64,000 nucleotides of DNA, from NCBI GenBank assembly GCA_041391785.1, contig JAWKNI010000005.1:107945-171944 (forward strand). The letters run 5' to 3'. The position numbers and the translations under genes are program-made. Source of the DNA: Flavobacteriales bacterium (GTDB lineage Bacteria; Bacteroidota; Bacteroidia; Flavobacteriales_F; PHOS-HE28). Of the stretch, positions 20,559 through 30,319 are shown piece by piece; the first letter of the stretch is position 1, and every line of letters starts with the position of its first letter. The notes under the pieces are model-generated. The model worked only from the letters and a program-made list of their open reading frames with translations. It made no database searches and had not been told where the DNA came from.

Positions 20559-21587
20559 ATGAAAAAGCCACTGCTATCCATGTTGTTCGCCACCGCCACA
20601 CTGGCCCTGTGCGCCCAGAAGCAGGTCGGCTCGATCCATTCCCGGGCCATCGGCCACCTCGCGCTTTCCCAAGCCAAAGCCGTCACGGACACCGTGGCAC
20701 CCGGCGACTGGGCGAACGACCCCAATACACAACTCACGCAATTCGGCGCCCTGTGTGATGACGGCAGCGGCGGTGAGGTGAATTGCGGGTACATCGTCGG
20801 CACGAACGGTTATGGCGACAAAGCGAAGGCACAACAATTCCTGCTGTTGGACAATACCACGGCCCTGGTGGAAGGCGTGATCTTCTGGTTCTATGCCAAA
20901 AGCGGCGACGACAATGCCGTGGTGCACGCCCGGCTGTACAATACCACGGGCAATGGCAATATCTCCACCGGCACGGTGACCAACGCACCCAGCACGGTGG
21001 CGGCGAACAAGGACTTCACACTGGCCGAGGTGGACACGACCAATGCCGACGGATTCACCGCCGTGATGTTCGACAGCCCGACCTGGGTGCAGAATGAATT
21101 CGCCCTTGGTTTCGATATCGCGGACCTGGGCACCACGGATTCCATCGGTCTGCTCTGCACCTCCTCCGGCATTGTCGGCTTCCCGGACCTTTCTTGGGAG
21201 AAGTGGAGCAACAACAGCTGGAACACACTGGCATATTCCTGGGATCCCGTGAACCTGAACGTGGACCTCTGCATCTTCGCATTGCTCGACTTCAGCAGTG
21301 TCGGTATCGACGAGCCCGGAGCTCTGAACAACATGCGCCTGAGCATCCTGTCCGGGAATATCAGCACCGGACAGCTTGCGATCGCCTACGACGTGGTCCG
21401 CAACGGTGATGTACGCCTGACGGTGCATAACAGCGCCGGCAAGGTGATGTACGAGGAGCGTTCGGGCGCGCGTGCTGCGGGACGGTACTACGAGGATGTG
21501 AACACTGCTGGATGGGCCGAGGGCACGTATTACCTCACGTTGTTCCATGATGGACTGCCGATCACCAAGCGGTTCCTGGTCCAATGA
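20559..21587 (+). CDS. T9SS type-A C-terminal sorting domain protein, paralog of 17281..18267
   Basis: MKKPLLSMLFATATLALCAQ signal; C-terminus ...GTYYLTLFHDGLPITKRFLVQ. Track ORF begins at an upstream TTG; ATG 20559 preferred. Confidence 0.7.
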   Translation: MKKPLLSMLFATATLALCAQKQVGSIHSRAIGHLALSQAKAVTDTVAPGDWANDPNTQLTQFGALCDDGSGGEVNCGYIVGTNGYGDKAKAQQFLLLDNTTALVEGVIFWFYAKSGDDNAVVHARLYNTTGNGNISTGTVTNAPSTVAANKDFTLAEVDTTNADGFTAVMFDSPTWVQNEFALGFDIADLGTTDSIGLLCTSSGIVGFPDLSWEKWSNNSWNTLAYSWDPVNLNVDLCIFALLDFSSVGIDEPGALNNMRLSILSGNISTGQLAIAYDVVRNGDVRLTVHNSAGKVMYEERSGARAAGRYYEDVNTAGWAEGTYYLTLFHDGLPITKRFLVQ

Positions 21588-21608
21588 GTTTCCAAGGAGA
21601 ACGAACCG

Positions 21609-21640
21609 AAAAGCCACCCGTTCGGGTGGCTTTTCGCCTT
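21609..21640 (+). terminator. Rho-independent terminator
   Basis: aaaaGCCACCCgttcGGGTGGCttttcgccttttac. Confidence 0.6.
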
Positions 21641-21752
21641 TTACAGGGCGAACATAACGTACCCTGATCCGGTTGGGTTCGCGACCGAGCGCTTGGGAAG
21701 TCGTAGGGATCAGGCCGTTCACACCCTATCTTCAGAGATCAACCCCGATGCC

Positions 21753-22154
21753 ATGGATGTGACGACCATTCGCCAAAGTGCCACGATCCCCGCCTCTCCC
21801 GGCGAAGTGTACGATGCGTTGATGAACACCCGGCTGCATAGCCGATTCACGGGTCAGCGTGCCCGTATCGGCAGGCGTGTCGGTGATCCGTTCTCCACAT
21901 ATGACGGGTACATTGATGGGGTGACCCTGGACCTGGAGCCTGGGAAGCGGATCATCCAGAGCTGGCGGGCGCACGAGGCCGGCTGGCCGGACGACCACTA
22001 CTCCCAGGTCAGCTATCGCCTGGAACCCACCGTCTCCGGCACCAGGCTCGTGTTGCAGCACGAGCGGGTACCCAGCCGCCTGGCGGATAGCTTCCGCAAA
22101 GGCTGGAAGGAGCACTATTGGACCCCGCTGAAGGCCATGTTCAGTCAAGGGTGA
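21753..22154 (+). CDS. SRPBCC-superfamily protein (AHSA1/polyketide-cyclase-like)
   Basis: ~135 aa, ...ATIPASPGEVYDALMNTRLHSRFTG...pattern typical of Activator-of-Hsp90-ATPase-like SRPBCC proteins. Confidence 0.55.
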   Translation: MDVTTIRQSATIPASPGEVYDALMNTRLHSRFTGQRARIGRRVGDPFSTYDGYIDGVTLDLEPGKRIIQSWRAHEAGWPDDHYSQVSYRLEPTVSGTRLVLQHERVPSRLADSFRKGWKEHYWTPLKAMFSQG

Positions 22155-22171
22155 GACCATCTGAAACAATG

Positions 22172-22192
22172 AAGCCCTCCAATGGAGGGCAT
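22172..22192. terminator. Hairpin between convergent genes (bidirectional terminator candidate)
   Basis: GCCCTCCaatGGAGGGC; U-run on the minus-strand side. Confidence 0.4.
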
Positions 22193-22215
22193 CATCATTC
22201 GGAACGCGCAGCGTC

Positions 22216-23052
22216 CTACTTCTTACCGGACCACTCCGCGATGCGCTCGCGATTCATCTTCATGTAGGCTTCGTTCTTGGCCTCTTCTGCGAGCTTCATG
22301 CTCATTTGGGCCGTGGAGATCGCCTCTTTGGTCATTCCATTCGCAGCTTGAGCCAACGCCAGGGTGTGGATGTTCCAGAACTTCTTATCCATCTCCACGC
22401 TCTTTTGTGCCCACGCAAGGGCTTCCTTCGTCATCACCCCGCGGTCCACGCAGAACCGTGCACTGCTGGCATAGGCCCTGAAGTCGGCATCCGGCTTCGC
22501 CAGTGCCTCCTTGATGTTGGCAAGTGCCTTGTCCGTTGAGTTGGTCTTGATGTTCACGCTGGCACGGGTCTTCTCCCACCGGAGGTCCAGGCGCGCGACA
22601 TCACCGATCACGTTCTGGAACTCGATCGTGAACGTTTCCGTGAAATCGGCCGCTTGCGGGGCCACCTTCACTTTCAACACATCCTCTTCCTCCTTGCGGT
22701 CGCCTTCGCCCCACAGTTCTGTGTTGCGGTTGAAGATGATCATCCAGGCATCCGGTGTGGGCATGGTGAACAGGGAATACTTGCCGGCGGGCAACTCCTG
22801 CCCTTCGATCATGACCGGTCCGTCGTTCTCGAAGGTGGTGCACTTGTTCGCCCCGGTGCGCCAGACGGAACCGTACGGCACGAGATCACCGAAAATGGAA
22901 CGCCCCTTCACGCTCGGACGGGAATACTCCACCTCGATCTTCGTGAGGCCAACGACTTGTTCCACCTCGCCTTTCGGGCTCGGCTGCGGGAGTTCCTGGG
23001 CGTTGAGGGTGGTCGATGCGAACAGCAGGATGGGGATCGAGATCCTATACAT
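22216..23052 (-). CDS. DUF2911 domain protein with TPR repeats (secreted), paralog of 11000..12079
   Basis: YSRPSVKGRSIFGDLVPYGSVWRTGANKCTTF...LPAGKYSLFTMPTPDAWMIIFN aligns with the first paralog. Confidence 0.7.
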   Translation of the reverse strand: MYRISIPILLFASTTLNAQELPQPSPKGEVEQVVGLTKIEVEYSRPSVKGRSIFGDLVPYGSVWRTGANKCTTFENDGPVMIEGQELPAGKYSLFTMPTPDAWMIIFNRNTELWGEGDRKEEEDVLKVKVAPQAADFTETFTIEFQNVIGDVARLDLRWEKTRASVNIKTNSTDKALANIKEALAKPDADFRAYASSARFCVDRGVMTKEALAWAQKSVEMDKKFWNIHTLALAQAANGMTKEAISTAQMSMKLAEEAKNEAYMKMNRERIAEWSGKK

Positions 23053-23128
23053 GGGTATTGGGTTGTGGTATGCACAGGCCAGGGCAGCCTGCGATCGTTA
23101 AGGGTAGGGCGAAGGTAAGCAGCCGGGG

Positions 23129-24367
23129 TCAGGCCACCTTCAGTGCACTGAGGCGTGACCGATCGAACTTCTCCCGGGCATAGCTCAGCGTGATCCGCAA
23201 TTCGGTAGGGCGCTCGGAGGCTCCGGGCATCTCGTACATCGCATCGGTCATGATGGCCTCACAGATGCTGCGCAATCCACGCGCACCAAGCTTGTAATCC
23301 ACGGCCTTCTCCACGATGAAATCAAGCACCTTCTTGTCCAGGGTGAGCTTCACCTTGTCCATGTCGAAGAGCTTCACATACTGCTTGATCAAGGCGTTCT
23401 TCGGTTCGGTAAGGATGCGGCGGAGGCTCTCCCGGTCCAATGGATCCAGATAGGTGAGCACCGGGAAGCGCCCGATCAGTTCGGGGATGAGCCCATAACT
23501 GCGCATGTCCGTGGGGCTGACGTACTGCAGCAAGTGTTCATCGTTGATGCGCTGCTCCTTGCTCGCACTATAACCCACGGCACTGCTCTTCACCCGCCGG
23601 GCGATGATCTTCTGAATGCCATCGAAGGCGCCACCGCAGATGAACAGGATGTTCTTGGTATCGACCTGGATGAGCTTCTGCTCCGGATGTTTCCTGCCAC
23701 CCTGCGGAGGAACGCTCACCGTACTTCCCTCCAGCAGTTTCAGCAGGGCCTGCTGCACTCCCTCACCGCTTACATCCCGCGTGATGCTGGGAGTGTCGCT
23801 CTTGCGGCTGATCTTGTCGATCTCATCGATGAAGACGATGCCCCGCTCGGCCTTGCTCACATCGTAGTCCGCAGCCTGCAGCAACCGGCTCAGGATGCTT
23901 TCCACGTCCTCGCCCACATAACCGGCCTCGGTGAGCACGGTCGCATCGGCGATGGCGAAGGGTACGTTGAGCATGCGCGCGATGCTCTTGGCCAGCAGGG
24001 TCTTTCCGCTCCCCGTTTCACCGACCAGGATGATGTTGCTCTTCTCGATCTCCACATCATCGGCCGTGTTCACCGGCTTCTGCAATAGCCGTTTGTAGTG
24101 GTTGTACACCGCCACACTGAGCACTTTCTTGGCATCCTCCTGGCCGATCACGTATTCGTCCAGGAACCGCTTGATATCCGCAGGGCGCTGCAGGATCAGG
24201 CTTCCCTCCATCTCCGAGCGCGAGCGCTGGCTCAGCTCCTCGGAAATGATGTTCTGCGCCTGGGTGATGCAGCTATCGCAAATATGGCCGGTGATGCCTG
24301 CGATGAGCACATTCGTATCCTGCTTGTCCCGTCCGCAGAACGAGCATTTGATCTCTTTCTTTTCCAT
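23129..24367 (-). CDS. clpX: ATP-dependent Clp protease ATP-binding subunit ClpX
   Basis: [24 protein letters not shown]...C4 zinc finger, Walker [12 protein letters not shown]. Start at ATG 24367 (track ORF extends further). Confidence 0.9.
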   Translation of the reverse strand: MEKKEIKCSFCGRDKQDTNVLIAGITGHICDSCITQAQNIISEELSQRSRSEMEGSLILQRPADIKRFLDEYVIGQEDAKKVLSVAVYNHYKRLLQKPVNTADDVEIEKSNIILVGETGSGKTLLAKSIARMLNVPFAIADATVLTEAGYVGEDVESILSRLLQAADYDVSKAERGIVFIDEIDKISRKSDTPSITRDVSGEGVQQALLKLLEGSTVSVPPQGGRKHPEQKLIQVDTKNILFICGGAFDGIQKIIARRVKSSAVGYSASKEQRINDEHLLQYVSPTDMRSYGLIPELIGRFPVLTYLDPLDRESLRRILTEPKNALIKQYVKLFDMDKVKLTLDKKVLDFIVEKAVDYKLGARGLRSICEAIMTDAMYEMPGASERPTELRITLSYAREKFDRSRLSALKVA

Positions 24368-24485
24368 CGGCCTTATATCCTGCTCGTCCGTTGTACGCGG
24401 TTCAGGGTCCATAAAGATACGCCGAAGCCGGGAGGGATCGCGCAGCGCACTGCACAACCGGCCTCCCGGCTTGGGATCACAAGGG

Positions 24486-25166
24486 TCACTTCGTGTTGCG
24501 GACCAGCAATTCGTCGATCATCCCATACGCCTTGGCCTCCTCGGCCACCATCCAGTAGTCGCGGTCACTGTCCTTCTCCACTTTCTCATACGTCTGGCCG
24601 CTGTGCTGGGCGATGATGTCGTACAATTCCTTCTTCAACTTCTGGATCTCGCGCGCTGTGATCTCGATGTCGCTGGCCTGACCTTCGGCCCCACCCATGG
24701 GTTGGTGGATCATGACGCGGGCGTGCTTCAGTGCACTGCGTTTGCCCTTGGCGCCGGCGCAGAGCAGCACCGCCCCCATGCTCGCGGCCATCCCGGTACA
24801 GATCGTCGCCACGTCCGGATTGATGTACTGCATGGTGTCGTAGATCCCCAGGCCGGCGTAGACGCTGCCGCCCGGTGAATTCATGTAGATCTGGATATCC
24901 TTCCGGGCATCGACGCTTTCCAGGAAGAGCAGCTGCGCCTGGATGATGTTGGCGACCTGGTCATTGATGCCGGTGCCAAGGAAGATGATGCGATCCATCA
25001 TCAGCCGGCTGAACACGTCCATCTGTGCGACATTCAACTGCCGTTCCTCAATGATGTACGGGGTGACCGAGGAGGTGATGGACGCCGAGGTGTAGCTGTG
25101 CAGCGTGTTGCTGCTGATGCCGCGATGCTTCACGGCGTACTTGGTGAATTCGTCTGGTGGGAACAT
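24486..25166 (-). CDS. clpP: ATP-dependent Clp protease proteolytic subunit
   Basis: ...[23 protein letters not shown]...MIHQPMGG canonical ClpP. Confidence 0.9.
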   Translation of the reverse strand: MFPPDEFTKYAVKHRGISSNTLHSYTSASITSSVTPYIIEERQLNVAQMDVFSRLMMDRIIFLGTGINDQVANIIQAQLLFLESVDARKDIQIYMNSPGGSVYAGLGIYDTMQYINPDVATICTGMAASMGAVLLCAGAKGKRSALKHARVMIHQPMGGAEGQASDIEITAREIQKLKKELYDIIAQHSGQTYEKVEKDSDRDYWMVAEEAKAYGMIDELLVRNTK

Positions 25167-25214
25167 CGTGTGGTCCTGTTATGGGCTAAAGAACGGGCGT
25201 GACCGGCCAATACT

Positions 25215-26567
25215 TCAAGTGGTGCGTGCCAAGTTTACGAACTCATCGAAGCTCACTTTCCGTTCCTTGGGCTCCAGCAGGGTCCGGAAATGCACCATGA
25301 GCTTCTGTTCCACGATGCTTCCGCGCATGCGGCCGATCTGTTCGCGATCGCCCAGCAGCCTGCCGGCCATCTGCTGCAACTGTTCACCTTCAGGGGCGGG
25401 CATGCCGTACTGCATGAATTGGTCGCTCACGTACCGTTTGGCGAAGGCATCCAGCTCCTCCCCTTTCGCCTCCAGGCCGTATTTCTCGATCACACGGTCC
25501 TCCAACAACTGGCGCTTGAGGCTCTCCGCGTATTCGCCATATCCTTTCTCCACCTCCTCGGGAGTAACGGGCTTTTCGCTGGTCTCCGCGATCCACCGCT
25601 TTAGGAAGCCATCCGGCAATTCAAGTGGTGTACGCTCATACAAGGCCTTCATCACCGATCGCTTGTACACACGATCACTGTCCCTCCGGAACATCGCTTC
25701 CAACCCTTCCTTCACTTTCGCGCGGAATCCGGCTTCATCGCTCACCGCATCCTTGCCGTAAACCCGGTCGAATAGCGCCTGGCCCAGCGCTACAGGCACC
25801 ATGCGCTTGATCTCCGCGACCCGGAACAGGAAGGTGTTGGCAAGGTCATGCACCTGCGCATGTTCGACCCCGAGCATGCGGGCCAGGTCATCGTGGTCCT
25901 TGCTCACCTTGTGGGGATCCACCTGCACCTCCGCGCCTTTGGCAAGACCCACAAGGCGTTGACGCGTGGCCTCATCGGAGATGAACTCGAGGCTGATCGT
26001 CGCGCGGTTCATGATGCCGCCTTCCTTGATGGTGCCGTCCGCCGCCAACTCGATCATGTCGCCCAACAACATGTCCTTGTCACCGCTCACCTCAGCGTCC
26101 TCCACCGAGCCGAATCGACGCTGCATGTCGGAGACCTCGCGCTGCACGAGTTCATCATCGACGTCCACCACCGGGTATTCCACCTTCACCTTGTCCAGTT
26201 CCACTTCGAAGGCGGGTGCCATGCCCAATGCGTAGGCGAATTGGAACTCACCCGGCTCGTCCCAATTGTTGTCCGGTGCCTGCTCCTTGTCCGGGAGGGG
26301 TTGGCCCAACACGCGGATGGCATTGTCCTGCAGGTAGCTACGCAGGTTCTCGTCGATCAGACGCTCCACCTCGTTCACCAGGACCGCCTTGCCGACCCTT
26401 TTCCTGATGATGCTCATGGGAACCTGCCCCGGCCGGAAACCCGGTAGTACCGCGGTCTTGCGCTGTGCCTTGAGGGCTTTCTCGACTCCCGGGGAATAAT
26501 CCTCCGGAGTGACTTTTACTTTGATGGTGGCGGTCAGTGTGCCGGTCTCCTCGCGTTCGATATTCAT
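25215..26567 (-). CDS. tig: Trigger factor
   Basis: 450 aa; N-terminal ribosome-binding GFRPGQVP-type motif (LPGFRPGQVPMSI). Confidence 0.9.
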   Translation of the reverse strand: MNIEREETGTLTATIKVKVTPEDYSPGVEKALKAQRKTAVLPGFRPGQVPMSIIRKRVGKAVLVNEVERLIDENLRSYLQDNAIRVLGQPLPDKEQAPDNNWDEPGEFQFAYALGMAPAFEVELDKVKVEYPVVDVDDELVQREVSDMQRRFGSVEDAEVSGDKDMLLGDMIELAADGTIKEGGIMNRATISLEFISDEATRQRLVGLAKGAEVQVDPHKVSKDHDDLARMLGVEHAQVHDLANTFLFRVAEIKRMVPVALGQALFDRVYGKDAVSDEAGFRAKVKEGLEAMFRRDSDRVYKRSVMKALYERTPLELPDGFLKRWIAETSEKPVTPEEVEKGYGEYAESLKRQLLEDRVIEKYGLEAKGEELDAFAKRYVSDQFMQYGMPAPEGEQLQQMAGRLLGDREQIGRMRGSIVEQKLMVHFRTLLEPKERKVSFDEFVNLARTT

Positions 26568-26697
26568 CTTGATGAGCTACCCGCTATGCAGGGCTGTATT
26601 ATGGTCCAGTAACAGATCTCCATCGGGGCCGGTGCCGGTGTGCGCGGTACGGCGACCATGGTCTTGAACTTCCCCATCACCCGGTGATGGGAACTTG

Positions 26698-26779
26698 TAC
26701 GGACGGGGGGACTCGAACCCCCACACCTTGCGGTACTGGTTCCTAAGACCAGCGCGTCTACCAATTCCGCCACGTCCGT
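26698..26779 (-). tRNA. tRNA-Leu (anticodon TAG)
   Basis: Minus strand reads ACGGACGTGGCGGAATTGGTAGACGCGCTGGTCTTAGGAACCAGTACCGCAAGGTGTGGGGGTTCGAGTCCCCCCGTCCGTA: 7-bp acceptor, UGGCGGAAUUGGUAGACGCGC D-arm identical to E. coli tRNA-Leu, long variable arm, GGTTCGAGTCC T-loop. Confidence 0.85.
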
Positions 26780-26875
26780 GCGCTGAAAGGGCTGCAAAGA
26801 TAACCGCTATCGGGCTTGCGGAAAGGTGTTGGTGGGTGACCATTACCTTCGTCCGCACCAGCGCCGACCCGCCCG

Positions 26876-27772
26876 ATGAAGCACTTCGACCCCTCTGAAC
26901 TGGCCACACCGCAGCTGCACGGCTTCCTGGTCGGGGCCGTAGGGCCAAGACCCATCGCGCTGGCGAGCACCGTGGATGTTCACGGGAGGCCGAATCTGAG
27001 CCCCTTCAGTTTCTTCAACTGTTTCGGGGCGGCTCCGCCGATGCTCATCTTCAGTCCCGCGAGACGGGGAAGGGACAACACCACGAAGCATACCTACCAC
27101 AACGTGAAGGCCGTTCCTGAGGTGGTGATCAACGTGGTGACCTATGCGATGGTGCAGCAGATCTCCGTTGCGAGCGGAGAATATCCCGAAGGTGTTGACG
27201 AGTTCCGGAAAAGTGGCCTTACACCGGTCGGCTCCACCAAGGTGAAGCCGTTCCGGGTGAAGGAAAGTCCGGTGCAGTTCGAGTGCGTGGTGGACCAGGT
27301 GATCGAGACCGGCACGAGTGGTGGTGCCGGGAATCTCGTGCTGTGCCGGGTGGTGATGATCCACATCGATGAGGATGTGCTGGACGGCGAGGGACGCATC
27401 GATCAGCACCGGATCGACCTCGTGGGCCGCATGGGTGGCAGCGTGTATGCGCGGGCACACGGCGAAGCCCTTTTCGAACTGGCACAACCGAACACGCATG
27501 TCGGCGTTGGCGTGGACGCGCTTCCGGCGGAAGCCCGATCGAGCGACGTGCTCACCGGAAGCGACCTTGGCAAACTGGCCTCGATCACACAGGTGCCGGA
27601 CGAGACGAGCGTGAACGAATACAAACTCACCGAGCTCAGCGCGACCTTCATCGCCCTGCAAAAGGATCCCGATGGACTGAAACGCGCGCTGCACCAACAC
27701 GCCAGGGAGCTCCTTGCCAGCGACCGCAAGGAGGATGCCTGGAAGACCCTGTTGGCCTTTAACGCACGATAA
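26876..27772 (+). CDS. Flavin reductase-like (FMN-binding split-barrel) domain protein with C-terminal extension
   Basis: LVGAVGPRPIALASTVDVHGRPNLSPFSFFNCFGAAPPMLIFSP matches Flavin_Reduct domain. Confidence 0.65.
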   Translation: MKHFDPSELATPQLHGFLVGAVGPRPIALASTVDVHGRPNLSPFSFFNCFGAAPPMLIFSPARRGRDNTTKHTYHNVKAVPEVVINVVTYAMVQQISVASGEYPEGVDEFRKSGLTPVGSTKVKPFRVKESPVQFECVVDQVIETGTSGGAGNLVLCRVVMIHIDEDVLDGEGRIDQHRIDLVGRMGGSVYARAHGEALFELAQPNTHVGVGVDALPAEARSSDVLTGSDLGKLASITQVPDETSVNEYKLTELSATFIALQKDPDGLKRALHQHARELLASDRKEDAWKTLLAFNAR

Positions 27773-27811
27773 CCAGACCGCCCGTAACAGCGGGCGAGCA
27801 ATACCGAACAG

Positions 27812-28189
27812 ATGGCACAAGTGACGATCACCGGCAAGATCCGGCAGGTAGGCAAGGTCCAGGATGTGAGCGCTTCCTTTCGCAAGCGTGAATTGATCAT
27901 CACGGAACCTTCAGGACAACGCGAACAGCACATTCCAGTGGAGTTCACACAGGACCGCTGCGGTCTGCTCGATGGCTTTGCCCCCGGCGAAGAGATCACG
28001 GTGACCGCCTTCGTGAATGGAAGGGAATGGACAGGCCGCGATGGTGTAACGAAGTTCTTCCTGAGCCTATCCGGCAACCGCATCGAACGCACCGGGGCGG
28101 CAAAGGATGGCGGCTACCAGGCCGCACCACCTCCCACGGCGGCCGACATGCCGCCGATCGGCGGGGACGACGACGACCTGCCGTTCTAG
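27812..28189 (+). CDS. DUF3127 domain protein with SSB-like acidic C-terminal tail
   Basis: MAQVTITGKIRQVGKVQDVSASFRKRELIITEP...IPVEF..DRC..LDGFAPGEEITVTAFVNGREW.GRDG matches DUF3127; ends ...GGDDDDLPF. Confidence 0.65.
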   Translation: MAQVTITGKIRQVGKVQDVSASFRKRELIITEPSGQREQHIPVEFTQDRCGLLDGFAPGEEITVTAFVNGREWTGRDGVTKFFLSLSGNRIERTGAAKDGGYQAAPPPTAADMPPIGGDDDDLPF

Positions 28190-28190
28190 G

Positions 28191-29354
28191 TCAGGTCCTC
28201 CTCCCTTTCCACCGCGGTCGGACCGCCAAGGACAGCAGCGCCACCAATGGTGCGTACACCACGTAGGCCATCAACGCAATGAGAGCCCATGCCGCTGCGC
28301 ACCGTTCCCGACCGTGATGCGGATCCGCCCGGCTGAAGAACATGCGCATCGCTCCGCCGAGGAGCAATGTGGGGAACAGCCATGCGCACCATGCGGCCGC
28401 CAGTACGGTTGCTGTATGGAACAGGCCGTTGCCGATCCGCGCATGCAGGAACACCTGGACCGTAAGGACCGCCAGCCCCCATGGTAGCAGGATGGTGGAA
28501 AGTGCCGCCAGGAGACCGGAGAAGTCGTGATACGCACGCATCTTACCGGCCCACCGCAGCCGCTGCCTGATGAACCCGGTCCAGGTCATTTCCGCCTGTA
28601 CGCTCACGACCACTGCTGGCTCGAGCAGGTAGCGCACCTCCCGACGCGCTTTCCGCATGCGTCCCAGCAGGAACATGTCATCCCCGCTGGCCCAGCGATC
28701 CCCGGCATAACCGCCGACCGCAAGGAACGCTTTGCGATCGAAGGCAAGGTTGGCACCGTTGGCCAATGCCGGTGTCCCACCCAATGCACTACCTGCCGTG
28801 GCACCTTGCAGGGCATATTGCTCCTCCTCTTGCAGGCGTCCAAGCGCTGAAGGTCCACCGACAGTGCGGACCGGCATCAGCATCAACGCGGGCTTTTCGT
28901 GCTGCCAGGCGCGCGCCAGGGACGCCGCACGCTCGGCACCACAACGTGCATCCGCATCGGTGAGCAGGATCAGATCACCCGTTGCATGGCTCACTCCGGT
29001 GGTGATCGCCGCCTTTTTTCCATTCCCCTGGGACCGTACCAGCCGGGCTCCGGGCCAGTGGCGCATCAAGCCTTCCACGAGTGCCGCTGTGCCATCCGTA
29101 CTTCCATCATCGACAACAATGGTCTCCAACAGGTCTTTCGGGTAACGCTGCGCATGGAGGTCCTGCAACAGCGGCACGATGGAGGAAGCGGCATCACGCG
29201 CCGGAACGATCATCGATATCCGGACCGGCTCCCGATCGTTGCCGACCGGCATGGTCACGTTTCCAGCGATCCGTCTGCGCCACCCTGCCAATACCGAGGC
29301 ATACATCAGCGCGGCCGCAAAGGCCAGCAAGGCGAGAACGGTCCAAAGGGTCAT
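28191..29354 (-). CDS. Family 2 glycosyltransferase (membrane-anchored)
   Basis: ISMIVPARDAASSIVPLLQDLHAQ...ETIVVDDGSTDGT GT2 DxD-type motifs; start ATG 29354 (MTLWTV...). Confidence 0.85.
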   Translation of the reverse strand: MTLWTVLALLAFAAALMYASVLAGWRRRIAGNVTMPVGNDREPVRISMIVPARDAASSIVPLLQDLHAQRYPKDLLETIVVDDGSTDGTAALVEGLMRHWPGARLVRSQGNGKKAAITTGVSHATGDLILLTDADARCGAERAASLARAWQHEKPALMLMPVRTVGGPSALGRLQEEEQYALQGATAGSALGGTPALANGANLAFDRKAFLAVGGYAGDRWASGDDMFLLGRMRKARREVRYLLEPAVVVSVQAEMTWTGFIRQRLRWAGKMRAYHDFSGLLAALSTILLPWGLAVLTVQVFLHARIGNGLFHTATVLAAAWCAWLFPTLLLGGAMRMFFSRADPHHGRERCAAAWALIALMAYVVYAPLVALLSLAVRPRWKGRRT

Positions 29355-30319
29355 GCGTTGTTGGTACGGACGCGTGCCATGAGAAGAATGACGCTGCCCA
29401 CCATTGCCGGTAGCACCACATTGATCGACCACAGGATCGCCGTTGCGAAGAGCACGGGTACCTCTTCACCCCCCAAAGGCACCAGCAATGAGACCGCCGC
29501 GGTGCCCCGTATCCCAAGCTCGGTGATCATGACGGTGGGGATCAATGTCGAGACCAGGTAGATCACCGGCACTGCGCACGCCGCGTCGACAACGCTCAGG
29601 CCGGGATCGAACGTCGTCAAGAGTAGCACGAACTGTCCGGTGAAGACCACATATCGCAACGCGCTCAACGCCAACACCCCGTACAGCCGTTCGGGTTCGT
29701 AGGCATTCAGGACCGCCGATGCGCGCTCCGCGCGGTGCAGGAAGGGGATCAGCAGGAGCAACTGCCGAAGCAACCCGGGATGCAGGTACAGGGCCAGCGC
29801 ACCTGTGGACACCAGCACCGTAAGGCTGAGGATGGCGGTGGTGACCCATCCGCTCGTCCAAGGGAAAGGTCGACCAAGACCATACAAGGCCAGCAAGCCG
29901 AGCCCGCCCATGACCAACGTGATCACGAACTGGGCCACGCTGCCCAGGGCGGTCGCAAAACCGCCCTGCACCCTGTGATGTGGTTCCAGGAAGAGCACCC
30001 GTCCAAGGAATTCGCCGGTCCGGTTGGGGGTGATGAGCCCAACACTCGTGCCCGCGACGGTCGCCAGCAGCGATCGCCCTGCACCGATGCGTTCCACCGG
30101 CAGCATGAGCCATCGCCATTTCCGTGATTCGATGCTCCAGTTCACCACCATCAGCAGTACCGTTACCAACAGTACGATCGGAAACAGGCCATTCTCCCGC
30201 ATGCGCCGGAAGGCCTCCAGCGCCGCTGTACCTTTGACCGTGGTGAGCTGCGCGTGCAGGAACGCGCAGGCAAGGAGAAACACCCCCCATCGGAAAACGA
30301 ACAAAAGCTTGCGTCCCAC
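29351..30319 (-). CDS. Flippase-like / LPG-synthase-TM-region family membrane protein, translationally coupled (ATGA) to downstream GT2
   Basis: Polytopic protein RKLLFVFRWGVFLLACAFL...SIESRKWRWL...; stop TGA overlaps GT2 ATG. Start uncertain: GTG 30319 gives typical ~322 aa; in-frame ATGs at 30382 and 30541 would overlap ruvC. Confidence 0.6.
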   Translation of the reverse strand: MGRKLLFVFRWGVFLLACAFLHAQLTTVKGTAALEAFRRMRENGLFPIVLLVTVLLMVVNWSIESRKWRWLMLPVERIGAGRSLLATVAGTSVGLITPNRTGEFLGRVLFLEPHHRVQGGFATALGSVAQFVITLVMGGLGLLALYGLGRPFPWTSGWVTTAILSLTVLVSTGALALYLHPGLLRQLLLLIPFLHRAERASAVLNAYEPERLYGVLALSALRYVVFTGQFVLLLTTFDPGLSVVDAACAVPVIYLVSTLIPTVMITELGIRGTAAVSLLVPLGGEEVPVLFATAILWSINVVLPAMVGSVILLMARVRTNNA

